The notes beneath the pieces are model-generated. The model was not told the DNA's origin and ran no database searches. It saw only the letters and a list, made by a program, of their open reading frames with translations. Position numbers and translations under genes: made by a program. Below are positions 10,201 through 20,065 of a DNA stretch of 64,000 bases, one piece after another; the stretch's first letter is position 1, and each line of letters begins with the position of its first letter. This DNA comes from Candidatus Latescibacterota bacterium (GTDB lineage Bacteria; Latescibacterota; UBA2968; UBA8231), in NCBI GenBank assembly GCA_965204725.1, contig OZ242005.1, forward strand, positions 4,832,001 to 4,896,000. Direction: 5' to 3'.

Positions 10201-11044
10201 GAAGCTATCTCATAAATAGTCTGGCTGTGCTACGTTAGTGGTATTCCCTTTCGGAGGTATCTCTTATGGATCTTACAGACGAACAGTGGTCGATAGTGTC
10301 CCCACTGCTGCCGGCGTGTCCCAAACGCCGCGATGGCCGGGGTCGTCCGTGGCGTTGTAACCGAGCGGTGCTCAATGGTATTCTGTGGATTCTCCGCACC
10401 GGGGCGCCTGGGCATGACCTGCCTGCTCGCTATCCGTCCTACCAGACCTGCCATCGTCGATTCCAACAGTGGTCGTCTGATGGCACCTTTGAACATATTC
10501 TGCGCACCCTCGCGCACGACTTGCATGAGCGCGGGGGCCTTGATGTGAGCGAATGCTTCATCGATGGCCTGTTTGTCGCGGCGAAAAAAGGGGGGACCAA
10601 GTGGGTCCGACCAAGCGGGGCAAAGGTACGAAGCTCATGGCAGTGGCAGACCGCGCTGGTCTTCCTATCGCCGTACTCATCCAAAGTGCTTCGCCGCACG
10701 AAGTCACCCTCGTAGAAGCCACCCTGGAAAACCGATGGGTCCAGCCCCGACCGCAACGACTCATCGGGGACCGAGCCTACGACTCGGATCGATTGGATGC
10801 GAGCCTGGCCGACCAAGGCATTGAGATGATCGCGCCGCATCGCCGCAATCGTACGCAGGCCAAAACCCAGGACGGGCGGCGGTTGCGGGGCTACAAAAGA
10901 CGCTGGAAAATAGAAAGACTGTTTGCTTGGTTGCATAACTTCCGCCGCATCGTGGTTCGATACGAATACTATGCTGAAAACTACCTCGGCTTTGTACAAC
11001 TCGGATGCATCCTCATACTGCTACGGTATTTATGAGATAGCTTC
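10201..11044 (+). mobile_element. IS5-family insertion sequence (IS427-like, two-ORF), copy 1, 844 bp
   Basis: Terminal inverted repeats GAAGCTATCTCATAAATA, flanking TA dinucleotides (10199-10200, 11045-11046); same proteins as the inverted copy at 20066-20909. Confidence 0.95.
10266..11035 (+). CDS. IS5-family transposase, OrfA (10266-10715) and OrfB (to 11035) joined by a -1 frameshift
   Basis: OrfA DLTDEQW...GRP...[12 protein letters not shown]...[11 protein letters not shown]; OrfB GDRAYDSD...[14 protein letters not shown] (DDE domain); slippery A6G run GAAAAAAGGGGGG near 10583-10595 with OrfB in the -1 frame. Confidence 0.92.
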
Positions 11045-12281
11045 TAATACCAAACACGCCGAGCACCGGCACATCGACCGGACTGTACGCCGGCTCGGCT
11101 TGGAGGAGTTGCTGTACGTCGTCGGACGAGACCGAGGGATACGTCAGGTGCAGTCCCTTCTTGTTGGCGCACTCGTACAAATCGCCATACTCGGCTCGGG
11201 GCACGGCGAGGAAACTGAAGACGTGACAGTCGTGTTCCAGTGCGGTCTCAATGGCCGTGCGCAGCACATCTTGCTTGCCGATTCGCCCTAATTGATCGAC
11301 ATAGCCGAGGATGAGCGTATCCGCTTCTGCAAGGACCGAAGCGAGCCGGGGCCGAATGCGTACCCCTATGTCGGACAAGCCCAACACGTGGCCCGCATCC
11401 TTACCAACCAGCCCCTTGCCCACTGGGTCGGCGATGCCCGTAATCTCAAACGCGAGTAGATCGTGCGCCCGGACCAAGGCGTGCATCTCCTTGTTGAACG
11501 GGTAGAGAGCCGCCTTCTGAATCCAAGAAAAACTTGAAGGATTGGCAGGAGGCTCCGGCGCGGCCACTGGGCGCGAGCGCATATTTGGGAGTAGCTCCGG
11601 CGTCCCCTGCAGCGCATTGGCCTGCAACTGCTCGCGCACCTGTTCCAACGATGCCCCCGGATGCGCTTGGCGAATCAAGGCAACCATGCCGGTAACGTGC
11701 GGCGCGGCAAAGCTGGTGCCCGACACCATCACATACCGAGGGTCGGTCCAGCAGACCCGCTGGGCATCGCCGCGGGCGACGCACTCGATCTCGTCCCCCG
11801 GACGATAGTAGTACCCATAGCGTCCGCGGACCTTACCTCCCGCAACGCCAATAACATCTGACAACACGGCTGGGTAGCTTTCGCGCCCGTCATTGTGCTC
11901 GGCAGCGACGAGAATAACCTTGGCTTCACGGGCTTGGCGACAGACCTCGGCGAGTGCGTCCCGGAAGGTAACGTCCGTCGTGCCTAAGCTGAGGTTGACC
12001 ACATCCATCCTCTGCTCAACCGCCCAGCGGATCGCCGCCAGCAGAGCCGGACCATCGGCGGTTAGGGACTCGTCAAAGAGGCGGACATCGTACAGGGTCG
12101 CTGTCGGCGCGATTTGGCGGATAATACCCGCGCAAGCCGTGCCGTGCCCCGCACTAGCAGCCGTTGGCGGAGACACCGAGTCCAAGAGTACCTCGTGAAC
12201 CGCGCCGATCTTTTCGTGCGTCGGGTCAATACCCGAGTCGATGACGGCGACATGGACGGGATGATCGGGTTGATTCGTCAA
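11013..12281 (-). pseudogene. S8 (subtilisin-like) serine peptidase with C-terminal extension, 3' end interrupted by IS5
   Basis: Catalytic motifs VAVIDSGID, HGTACAG, SGTSFAAPHVTG. The last residues ([10 protein letters not shown]) are read from the IS end. The peptidase domain itself is intact. Confidence 0.8.
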
Positions 12282-12334
12282 GAGCTTCCTTTTGTTATAC
12301 CTGATACGGCAGGTCCTATTCGGGTTTACGGGTG

Positions 12335-13018
12335 CTACTCTCGGTTAAAGTAGAAGGCGAGTTCTGGTTTTTGGCGGGCGCGTATGGCAATCGTCGAATC
12401 CATGCGGATCGCCGTTGCTAAGTCCGCGCTGGCCAACGCCGTTTCGCCGCGCCAAGCGCGGATGCGGGCTCGGTAATACCACGCGACTCCTGTTTCGTGG
12501 TCGAGTAACACCGCCCGATTAAGCGCGTTTAACCCTTCGTCTAGTCTGTCTGTTCCTATAAAAAGAAGGCTTCGCTTGATCCACGACTCAAGGTGGTCCG
12601 GGTCGTGCTGCAACGCGGTCTCAAGTGCTGCTTCTGCGGCCGCATAGTCCTTTTCTTGGAGGTGAAGCGAACCAATAAGTCCCCAGAAATGCGCGAAATG
12701 GGCGTCCGTGGAATCGGCGGCCAAGCAGGTTTTGTAAACATGTACGGCTTTCTCTACTTGTCGTAGGTCGCGCAGAAGATCGCCCGTTTTCTGGCATAAT
12801 CCCACGTTTTTGGGATCTAAGCGAAACGCAGCCGAATAAGACTCAAGTGCTTGCTCATAAGCGCGCCGAGCCATCCGGCGTTCATTGTTCGCCATGAGTC
12901 GATCTCCATGCCGTAAGTAAGTATCCCCATCCGATAGATCATATCTCACCATGAGATATAACAGTGAAAGTATCGTCATGGAATTGATTACAACAGTAGA
13001 GACGACCCATTTTCTCAC
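12335..13018 (-). CDS. Membrane-anchored tetratricopeptide repeat protein
   Basis: N-terminal hydrophobic helix, then TPRs (YEQALESYSAAFRLDP, AEAALETALQHDP, AWYYRA). Confidence 0.85.
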   Translation of the reverse strand: MRKWVVSTVVINSMTILSLLYLMVRYDLSDGDTYLRHGDRLMANNERRMARRAYEQALESYSAAFRLDPKNVGLCQKTGDLLRDLRQVEKAVHVYKTCLAADSTDAHFAHFWGLIGSLHLQEKDYAAAEAALETALQHDPDHLESWIKRSLLFIGTDRLDEGLNALNRAVLLDHETGVAWYYRARIRAWRGETALASADLATAIRMDSTIAIRARQKPELAFYFNRE

Positions 13019-13764
13019 GGTACAGAATCCAACCTATAAACTCTAGAGGAGAAAACTAATTCTGCTACTATATTGGCAACGCCGTGTAGCACAATACAGG
13101 CTCCAATTGAACGAGATCGTTCATAGTAAAGAACAAGCACGAGACCTAAACCCAAATGAGGTAAAAGTGCCAAAAACGTTCCTTCCGTATTGTAGTGACA
13201 TAAAGCAAACAGTATTACATTGGTTATAACAGCCCATACAAAAGATAAATGCCTTTTGAGGTAGGGATACAGAATACCTCTAAATAGCCACTCCTCCACT
13301 AGAGGAATGACAATGACACCCTGTAATAATCTTATAATTGATAAATCGGGTAGGTGCATTACGGGGGGGACATAACCGGCTGATCGAGATAGATTCGCTG
13401 GAACCGTAATCAACAAGACTAAGAAAACAGCCAGCCAGACTTCTCTACCCATACCATATAGAGACAGTTCTATCTGCTTGGGCACAGTTCCTACAATGAG
13501 ATGAAAACAGGCAAGCATCAAAATCATCGCGGCAGCATGGGATCCAAAGAGGTAAATCGTGACGATTTTCATATCCCGCAACAGCAAAGACTCCTCTACC
13601 CAGTTATCGACACAAGCGTTTCTGAGTGCAATAAAAAAGAATAAAATGGCGAACTGTAGGATGACCAAGATAAGGTTCCATGGACACTCCCATTCTTGCC
13701 CTCGCATGGTATCCCAAGTGTTGATCACGATCCTATATCCCGTCTTAATGTACACACGATGCAC
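13015..13764 (-). CDS. CPBP/Abi (CAAX type II) intramembrane metalloprotease
   Basis: PLVEEWLFRG, FALCH and IVLHGVAN motifs; multi-TM. Confidence 0.9.
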   Translation of the reverse strand: MHRVYIKTGYRIVINTWDTMRGQEWECPWNLILVILQFAILFFFIALRNACVDNWVEESLLLRDMKIVTIYLFGSHAAAMILMLACFHLIVGTVPKQIELSLYGMGREVWLAVFLVLLITVPANLSRSAGYVPPVMHLPDLSIIRLLQGVIVIPLVEEWLFRGILYPYLKRHLSFVWAVITNVILFALCHYNTEGTFLALLPHLGLGLVLVLYYERSRSIGACIVLHGVANIVAELVFSSRVYRLDSVP

Positions 13765-13886
13765 TCTGAGTGCTGGCTGTGCGGATGTATCTGCATCCTG
13801 CTCAGGTAGTTATAAGACGATGACAGCCTATGGGCATCCGCTTTGGCTGCAATGGATACCGTGATGGCTGTTCCAAATAACCTAGT

Positions 13887-14588
13887 TTACCCTGCGCTGA
13901 TCGAGTATTTTACCCAAGTGGCCCCCGCTGCAAAGAGTGTCTGTAGAGACCAGAAGATTGCAACGGCGAAGGCCGCTTGGAGGCGTTTGAGTGCGCATAT
14001 GCGACTCAAGCCCAAGACGAGAAGCCCATAGTACCAGAAGCTGAAGGGGTTGATATTCATAAGTACAGTTTTGGTTATCGGATGCAGTTCCCCATGCCAG
14101 AGGAGGTCTAAGCCAATAGAAATAGCTAGCTCATCTACCGTTGCTTGGCCTGTCTGAACTTTCATTATGCTTATACCCGCCATCAGCACCCCAGCAATGA
14201 AAGTCGTCATGTTGGAATAGGCGACTAGAGAGAAGATCATCTTGAATTCCGCCAAGCCCTCTAAGACTTGGACGATGAGCCATATCGCGAACGAGGAAAA
14301 GAACCATAGAAGCAGTATGCTGGGAAGGGTGGCGATGGTCGCCACGTAGTGGACAGTACGATTGACCTCCCTGACCTGTTTCAAGTCCGCCGATGGTATG
14401 GAGACTGACATCTGTTCTATAACAGCCTCTTGCAGCAGGGGGAAGGTGAGCCAAGTTATCAGAGTGGATCCCATACCGATAGCGAGGAAGGGGGCTAACC
14501 AGTTAGGGTGCTCGAGGATCTGCCGAAAAGCATGTGAAGGCGACCAAATTATCCAGTATAAATTGCGAAAGGTAAGTGCGGTATCCAT
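13887..14588 (-). CDS. YIP1-family membrane protein
   Basis: IIWSPSHAFRQILEHPNWLAPF N-terminus, FSLVAYS, NPFSFWYYGLLVLGL; five TM segments. Confidence 0.8.
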   Translation of the reverse strand: MDTALTFRNLYWIIWSPSHAFRQILEHPNWLAPFLAIGMGSTLITWLTFPLLQEAVIEQMSVSIPSADLKQVREVNRTVHYVATIATLPSILLLWFFSSFAIWLIVQVLEGLAEFKMIFSLVAYSNMTTFIAGVLMAGISIMKVQTGQATVDELAISIGLDLLWHGELHPITKTVLMNINPFSFWYYGLLVLGLSRICALKRLQAAFAVAIFWSLQTLFAAGATWVKYSISAG

Positions 14589-14607
14589 GGCGGTCGTATT
14601 CTTGGTT

Positions 14608-15159
14608 TTAGAGCAGGTGGCTACTTGGGTTTAGGGACCTATAACCCACTTCCCGACGTTGCAGTATGCCCTGTTCATTTAAAAAAAGCAGCGTCGGGAC
14701 GCGAACTATCCCTAGACGTTCGCGCAACTGAGTTTGGCAACCGAATAATACCAGAAATGAGCCGGTGATGTGCTGCCCGGCACCGCTAGGCAGTAAGGGG
14801 TGTTCTCTGATTACAGCAACGATCTCGACATTCATGATCGACCTGCGGCTTTGCCACTGTTTCAACTCGTCTAATTTAGTATGGCAAAAGCTGCATTCGA
14901 GATCGAGAACGGCGACAATCAGTTTTTTTTCTCGAAAGTCTTCGAGGTGGACGGCATTGCCTTGTCCGTCTTTGAGATCAATTGAGGGCAAAGGTTGACC
15001 GATGCGGGCACTGTGTTTCGTTTTGCTGGTCGTTCCCATCCATAGGAACCCGACGGTTGTCGCTAAGGCGAGTGAAGATAGTACCACGAGTGCCCGTATT
15101 CGGCGATTTACGCGCCTTCCACTAGCCATTGTCCTGCCGCTTCTGTAGGATCGAATCAA
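14608..15159 (-). CDS. Membrane-anchored TlpA/redoxin-family thiol-disulfide oxidoreductase
   Basis: TM anchor, GQPLPSIDLKD, CSFC motif, cis-Pro VPT, FLNEQG. Confidence 0.8.
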   Translation of the reverse strand: MIRSYRSGRTMASGRRVNRRIRALVVLSSLALATTVGFLWMGTTSKTKHSARIGQPLPSIDLKDGQGNAVHLEDFREKKLIVAVLDLECSFCHTKLDELKQWQSRRSIMNVEIVAVIREHPLLPSGAGQHITGSFLVLFGCQTQLRERLGIVRVPTLLFLNEQGILQRREVGYRSLNPSSHLL

Positions 15160-15580
15160 AGAGGATTTTGGCCAGAGCTACTCGTTCCCTCTCTACGAGC
15201 TTTGCCTGCACCACAGTACCTTCCAAGTTGTACGCGAGGCGGTCGAAATCGACTTCCCCTTTGAGGGTGATCCAGACCCGGGTCGCGTCAGGTTCGTAGT
15301 CGATACGCCCGTTGATCTGTGCTATAATGGCACGGAGAACCTCTTGTTCGTCATAAGTAATATCAGCATAGTGGCATTCGCGTAGCAGACTCAGGCGCAT
15401 ATCTGGGATGTCCGCCTCCAATATCCAATCTGGTCCTCTGCGGTGGAGCAAACCCTCCAATTCTAGACCGACGTTCACACGTATAGTAGCTAGCCCGATC
15501 ACCATAAACATCAGGATAAGCGTCGTGCCGAATAACAGGACGCCAACTTTCCATTCCAGCTTACGGGGGATTTTCATCAC
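15122..15580 (-). CDS. Hypothetical membrane-anchored protein
   Basis: 152 aa, single N-terminal TM, co-oriented within the cluster after the ABC exporter. Confidence 0.55.
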   Translation of the reverse strand: MMKIPRKLEWKVGVLLFGTTLILMFMVIGLATIRVNVGLELEGLLHRRGPDWILEADIPDMRLSLLRECHYADITYDEQEVLRAIIAQINGRIDYEPDATRVWITLKGEVDFDRLAYNLEGTVVQAKLVERERVALAKILFDSILQKRQDNG

Positions 15581-15588
15581 GAGTTTAC

Positions 15589-17349
15589 CTAGATATAAGG
15601 CTGATGAAAATTTGCAAAAGGGCCATTTTGATTGATAAGCTCGTTATAGGTACCTGCTTCGACAATTTTCCCTCCAGAGAGGACGTGGATGATGTCGGCA
15701 AGAACCAAGGACGTAGATTGATGAGCTATCAAGAGCGTTGTCCGGTCCCTAGTTGCCCTTTTGAGTATGCGAAGGACTGTCTGTTCCGTGTTGCTGTCGA
15801 GCGAGGACGTTGCTTCATCGAGAATGAGAATCTGCGGATTGCGTATAATTGCCCTAGCCAAAGCTAGGCACTGCTTTTGACCGCCCGAAAGCTGGACTCC
15901 CCCAGATCCGATGCGTGTATCGATACCTGCGGGAAAGTGCTGTATGAACTCCATACAATCCATCTCTTCTAGGGTCTGTTCTATCGCATGGTAAGTAGCA
16001 TTAGAAGTCCCGTAAGCAACATTCTCTCGAATGCTGCCTGTAAAGAAAGACGCATCTTGTCCTACCCATCCGACAACACCACGCAGATGATCCAGATTGT
16101 AGGAGTTTGCGTTGACTCCGTCTATGCGAAGCTCACCGGAGGTTGGCTCGTAGAACCGGACCAACAGGTGAGCCAAGGTGGTCTTCCCCGATCCTATCTT
16201 CCCGACCACGGCAGTGACTTGGCTGGGCTCCAACGTCAAGTCGATTCCGTTTAGCACCGGTAGCCCCTTGTCATAGGAAAAGTAGATGTTTTCGTACACC
16301 ACTTTGCCTTTTCTAATCCGGTATTTGTTCTGAGGAACCTTTTTTTCGAGAGGCGTTTCCATCATTTCGACGACTCGCTTCAAAATACCTATGCCTTGGC
16401 GAAAACTGACGTATAGTACCGACAACTGGTTGACGGGACCGTAAACGTACGCCACCAAAGTGTGGAAGGCCATAAACTGCCCGAGGGTAAGCAGACCTTC
16501 CATGATCGAGTACGCGCCGTACCAGAGGACAGCCAGTCCACTTATGCTGTAGAGAAATATCTGCAGCAATTGAGCACTGACCATTGTCGCGTCACGTTGT
16601 AGGCGGCTCTCGGCTTCTCGACGCAAATAACCCGAAAGCCTCAGAACCTCCTTCCTCGTTCCGCCAAAGACCTTGGCTGCCAAGGCCGAATCCAAAGACT
16701 CTATGCGCATAGAGTTGGTCTGACTCTTCCTCTCCTGTGTCGCGGCACTGTATTTTTGGATGCGTCGCCCGAAGCGGATATTCGTCCAGACAAAGGCTGG
16801 CAGAACTAGGAGAACGACTGAGGTCAGTGTTGAATTGAGGGAGAACATGATCACCAAGGCAATGGCGATGAGCGACAAACTGCTCAAACCCTCAATGTAC
16901 GTTCCTGCCATCAGCGTGTTTAACTGACGTACATCGTCACTGATGCGGGTGGAAAAGTAGCCAGGGCCGCGATTGAGGAGAAAGGAAACAGGAGCCTCAA
17001 GTACGGAGCGAAACAGTTTCAATTCCATATTGAAAAAAACGCGCCGCGAAAACACCAGTAGAAGGTAGCGATGTAGAAAACCTAGACCCAATCCCAGCAA
17101 GGTGGTAAGGATCAGGGTCGCGCATATGACGTTCAGTGCATGGATTTGGCCATTGGCTATAACCCGATCAATGATATAGATGGTCAATACTGGCATCGGT
17201 GACGCGAGGATGGTAGTGAACAGCATGCATACACCCGCTTCCACAGCACGCAGCCAGTAAGGAGAGAAGAAAGGGAGCAACCGTTGAAGTGATGCTAGCA
17301 TCTCCAGCGATCTTTCCATTCTATTTCGTATATCTTCTTTTATAGTCAT
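15589..17349 (-). CDS. ABC exporter, fused TMD and ATPase (peptide/bacteriocin exporter-like, no C39 domain)
   Basis: N-terminal TMD, Walker A GKIGSGKT, signature LSGGQKQ, Walker B LILDEATS; 586 aa with no N-terminal peptidase domain. Confidence 0.92.
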   Translation of the reverse strand: MTIKEDIRNRMERSLEMLASLQRLLPFFSPYWLRAVEAGVCMLFTTILASPMPVLTIYIIDRVIANGQIHALNVICATLILTTLLGLGLGFLHRYLLLVFSRRVFFNMELKLFRSVLEAPVSFLLNRGPGYFSTRISDDVRQLNTLMAGTYIEGLSSLSLIAIALVIMFSLNSTLTSVVLLVLPAFVWTNIRFGRRIQKYSAATQERKSQTNSMRIESLDSALAAKVFGGTRKEVLRLSGYLRREAESRLQRDATMVSAQLLQIFLYSISGLAVLWYGAYSIMEGLLTLGQFMAFHTLVAYVYGPVNQLSVLYVSFRQGIGILKRVVEMMETPLEKKVPQNKYRIRKGKVVYENIYFSYDKGLPVLNGIDLTLEPSQVTAVVGKIGSGKTTLAHLLVRFYEPTSGELRIDGVNANSYNLDHLRGVVGWVGQDASFFTGSIRENVAYGTSNATYHAIEQTLEEMDCMEFIQHFPAGIDTRIGSGGVQLSGGQKQCLALARAIIRNPQILILDEATSSLDSNTEQTVLRILKRATRDRTTLLIAHQSTSLVLADIIHVLSGGKIVEAGTYNELINQNGPFANFHQPYI

Positions 17350-17409
17350 TAAGAAGCGTTCTTAAAACTAGGGTTTCGTACTCTCACTCGGCTCAAAGTA
17401 TCTTAGGAT

Positions 17410-17444
17410 TAGCACGGCGCGACTATTTATGAGATAACTTCTAG
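17410..17444. mobile_element. Isolated IS5-like terminal inverted repeat (solo end)
   Basis: TAGCACGGCGCGACTATTTATGAGATAACTTCTAG matches the IS left end at 20878-20912 at 31 of 35 positions; no adjacent transposase. Confidence 0.75.
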
Positions 17445-18238
17445 CAATCGCCGGTCGCCTTCGTTAAACGTAGGAACAGGTCTTCCAATGTAGAGTCATT
17501 GGCTTTCTGTTGCAGTTCCCTCACCTTCACCTTGTCGTTCAATGATTCGGTTGAGGCGGAGAAGACTATCTTGCCTTTATGACAGATCGCTACCTTTTCA
17601 CACAATTCTTCCACTATGGGTAGAATATGGGACGTCAAGAAGACCGTCTTGCCTTTTCCAGCGGCATCCTTGAGGAGGTCCTTTATCATCTTGACCGACC
17701 GGGGATCGATTCCGGTAAAGGGTTCGTCGAGGAAGAGAAGTTCTGGGTCGTGCAGCAAAACCGCCGCCAGTGCCAGTTTCTTCTTCATCCCCGCGGAGTA
17801 GGTGCTGATCTGCGCGTCGCTAGCACTGCCTAGATCGAAAAGCTCTAGGAGATCGGCGGTACGTTGACGCAGTGTCGGCTTGTCGAGGCCGAACATCGCT
17901 CCGGAGAAATACAGATGTTCCTGGCCTGTGAGCGATTCGTAAAGGGCAAGGTCCTCGGCCATGATACCGATGCGCTTCTTGATCTCTGTCGCGTTGACCG
18001 TCATCTCTTCCCCCAGAATGTGAACCGTCCCCGCGCTAGGTGCCAAGAGCCCCGACAGCAAGTTGGTCAGCGTGGACTTTCCTGCCCCGTTTGGTCCGAT
18101 GAGTCCGAGTATCACCCCTGGAATAACGTCGATGTCGACATTGTCTATCGCCAAGAGTCTTCCGTATTTCTTTGTTAGTCCGACCGCACGAATTGCGTAT
18201 TCCATGAGACGACCTTCGTTTGCTTTATATTCTTCCAA
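17441..18238 (-). CDS. ABC transporter ATP-binding protein (ABC-2/CcmA-like)
   Basis: GPNGAGKST, YSAGMKKK, LFLDEPFTGIDP, H-loop TSH, LEDLFL tail. Confidence 0.93.
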   Translation of the reverse strand: MEEYKANEGRLMEYAIRAVGLTKKYGRLLAIDNVDIDVIPGVILGLIGPNGAGKSTLTNLLSGLLAPSAGTVHILGEEMTVNATEIKKRIGIMAEDLALYESLTGQEHLYFSGAMFGLDKPTLRQRTADLLELFDLGSASDAQISTYSAGMKKKLALAAVLLHDPELLFLDEPFTGIDPRSVKMIKDLLKDAAGKGKTVFLTSHILPIVEELCEKVAICHKGKIVFSASTESLNDKVKVRELQQKANDSTLEDLFLRLTKATGDC

Positions 18239-18248
18239 AGCCCATTCT

Positions 18249-19934
18249 TTATGAGCAGAAACGGATGAGAAACAAGTCCCTTTTATCCAGCCACACCTCG
18301 GCTGCCTTCTGCAAAGTGAGAGTATAGAAAATCGCTGTGGTAATACACATAGCTGCTAGCAGCGACAGTAGGATTATCGGCTGCCTGACGACCTCGTGAA
18401 AGTAATACAGGCCCGCGCCAATTATTATAGCGGAAAGGCTCAGGCCTACTATGGCTAGAAAATCGGCCTGTAGAGAAAGGTAACGCCCGACGATGTTACC
18501 CGGTGAGAGCTTGAGCGGATAGAGTACAGAGGCTATGTTACCAATTAAGGTATGCAGCAGAGACAGGTACAGCATGATCAAGATGATCGCCAGCCTTTCG
18601 GACCAGTCGGTATGTCCCCAACTAAGGTAGAAGGTCCACGCCATACTCGGCCCTGCAATCGCCCCTTGGACAAGCAGATATGCTAGATTTTTACCGACTA
18701 GGATGGTTTTTGGCTGGATTGGAGCTAAAAAATTAAAGACGACTCCCGTAGATTCGAGACCGAAAATATTGTAGAAAATCGCATAGGGTATTACACATAT
18801 TGGCAATAACAACAGCAGTGAATAGGGGCCGACGACGACCCCTTTTGCGACGTGTATCAGAGGGATGGCAATGCCCCAAAGCAGGGTGGATAACAGAATG
18901 AGACGCAGCCGATTTTCGCGTAAGATATAAATCAATTCTTTGGCCGCGACGTTGGCCACTTGGCAGTTGAACAGCCCCTCGAACGCGCTGGTCAGTTTCT
19001 CGAACGTGTTGACATTGTATAAAATCGCCTCTCCCCCTTGAAGAGGCCGCTCGTACAATCTCTTCTTGAGCAGAAAATAGGCAATTATTCCACAGCTAAC
19101 GGCATAGACGATAAGGCCAACCGCTGGCCAGCCTGCGAGCCTGCCAGCGTGAAAACCAAGTAGCAGTTCGCTGACTAGGCCGGGAGGGGTCAAAACCCAA
19201 TACGCGGCAGAGTGGTTGATCGGGGCGATGAGAGTATCGATATCGACATAGTGTCCAAGCATCGAATAGACGGAACCGAGCAGGATAGCAGAGAAGAAGA
19301 TCAGCTTCCCACGATGCCTACTAAGCGACCGGATCAAGTCAGCCAGCAGCAGGCTAAGCATGTATACTAGCATGTGGTTGGCTAGCACGAATAGGGCGAT
19401 AATGAAAAGTAAACCGACTGCAGGAACGAGACCTTGCTTCATTCCATAGAGCGTACCTAGCCACACAGCAAGAAGATAAAAGATCAAAAGCCAAGGGTTG
19501 AAGAGCCCCAACGTTACATCGGCTGCGTAGAGTCTCCATAGCCTGTAAGGGAACCGGACTAGTCGGAACAGTCGAGACATATCGGGCGTGGATATACCTC
19601 GGAACAAGCCCAGCAGTACCCATGCTATGGACAGATAGGCAAAGGTGGCTAGTACCAAACGGGGCAGAATATATGCACCCTGGGTAGTTAGAAGTAGCTG
19701 AGTCGAATAGTAGAACTGAGTTATAAAAAAAATACCCCAGCTAATACCTAAAACGAGTACGGTGCCCATTAATAAACACCATGTCCTCTCCCTCTTTGCC
19801 CAGTTGAGCGAAGCGTGGTATTTCAACCAGAGTATATAGACGACCATCATCATATTGGCGCAAATTCCTAAGTTGTGGCAGAAATCCCATTGCAGCCGTT
19901 CACTACGACGGTACGATATACCTAATAGCTGCAC
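18249..19934 (-). CDS. Multi-pass membrane protein, probable ABC-2-type permease partner
   Basis: Many TM helices, FYNIFGLE...LAPI..KTILVGKNLA motif; directly upstream of the ABC ATPase. Start uncertain. Confidence 0.7.
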   Translation of the reverse strand: MQLLGISYRRSERLQWDFCHNLGICANMMMVVYILWLKYHASLNWAKRERTWCLLMGTVLVLGISWGIFFITQFYYSTQLLLTTQGAYILPRLVLATFAYLSIAWVLLGLFRGISTPDMSRLFRLVRFPYRLWRLYAADVTLGLFNPWLLIFYLLAVWLGTLYGMKQGLVPAVGLLFIIALFVLANHMLVYMLSLLLADLIRSLSRHRGKLIFFSAILLGSVYSMLGHYVDIDTLIAPINHSAAYWVLTPPGLVSELLLGFHAGRLAGWPAVGLIVYAVSCGIIAYFLLKKRLYERPLQGGEAILYNVNTFEKLTSAFEGLFNCQVANVAAKELIYILRENRLRLILLSTLLWGIAIPLIHVAKGVVVGPYSLLLLLPICVIPYAIFYNIFGLESTGVVFNFLAPIQPKTILVGKNLAYLLVQGAIAGPSMAWTFYLSWGHTDWSERLAIILIMLYLSLLHTLIGNIASVLYPLKLSPGNIVGRYLSLQADFLAIVGLSLSAIIIGAGLYYFHEVVRQPIILLSLLAAMCITTAIFYTLTLQKAAEVWLDKRDLFLIRFCS

Positions 19935-20065
19935 CGTCAGCAGCGAAGCTACCCCAGAGTCCTGACCCTAGGGTAGCTTCTAAGTTGCTGCGTCGCTGCT
20001 GATACTGCTATAGTTATGATTCTGCGAGTAAGCCTAATTCGCAAAATCAAAACACCACGGTATTA

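Noticed and set aside
10439-10999. 186-aa antisense ORF in each IS copy
   Set aside because: Antisense to the transposase; its repetition is explained by the IS duplication.
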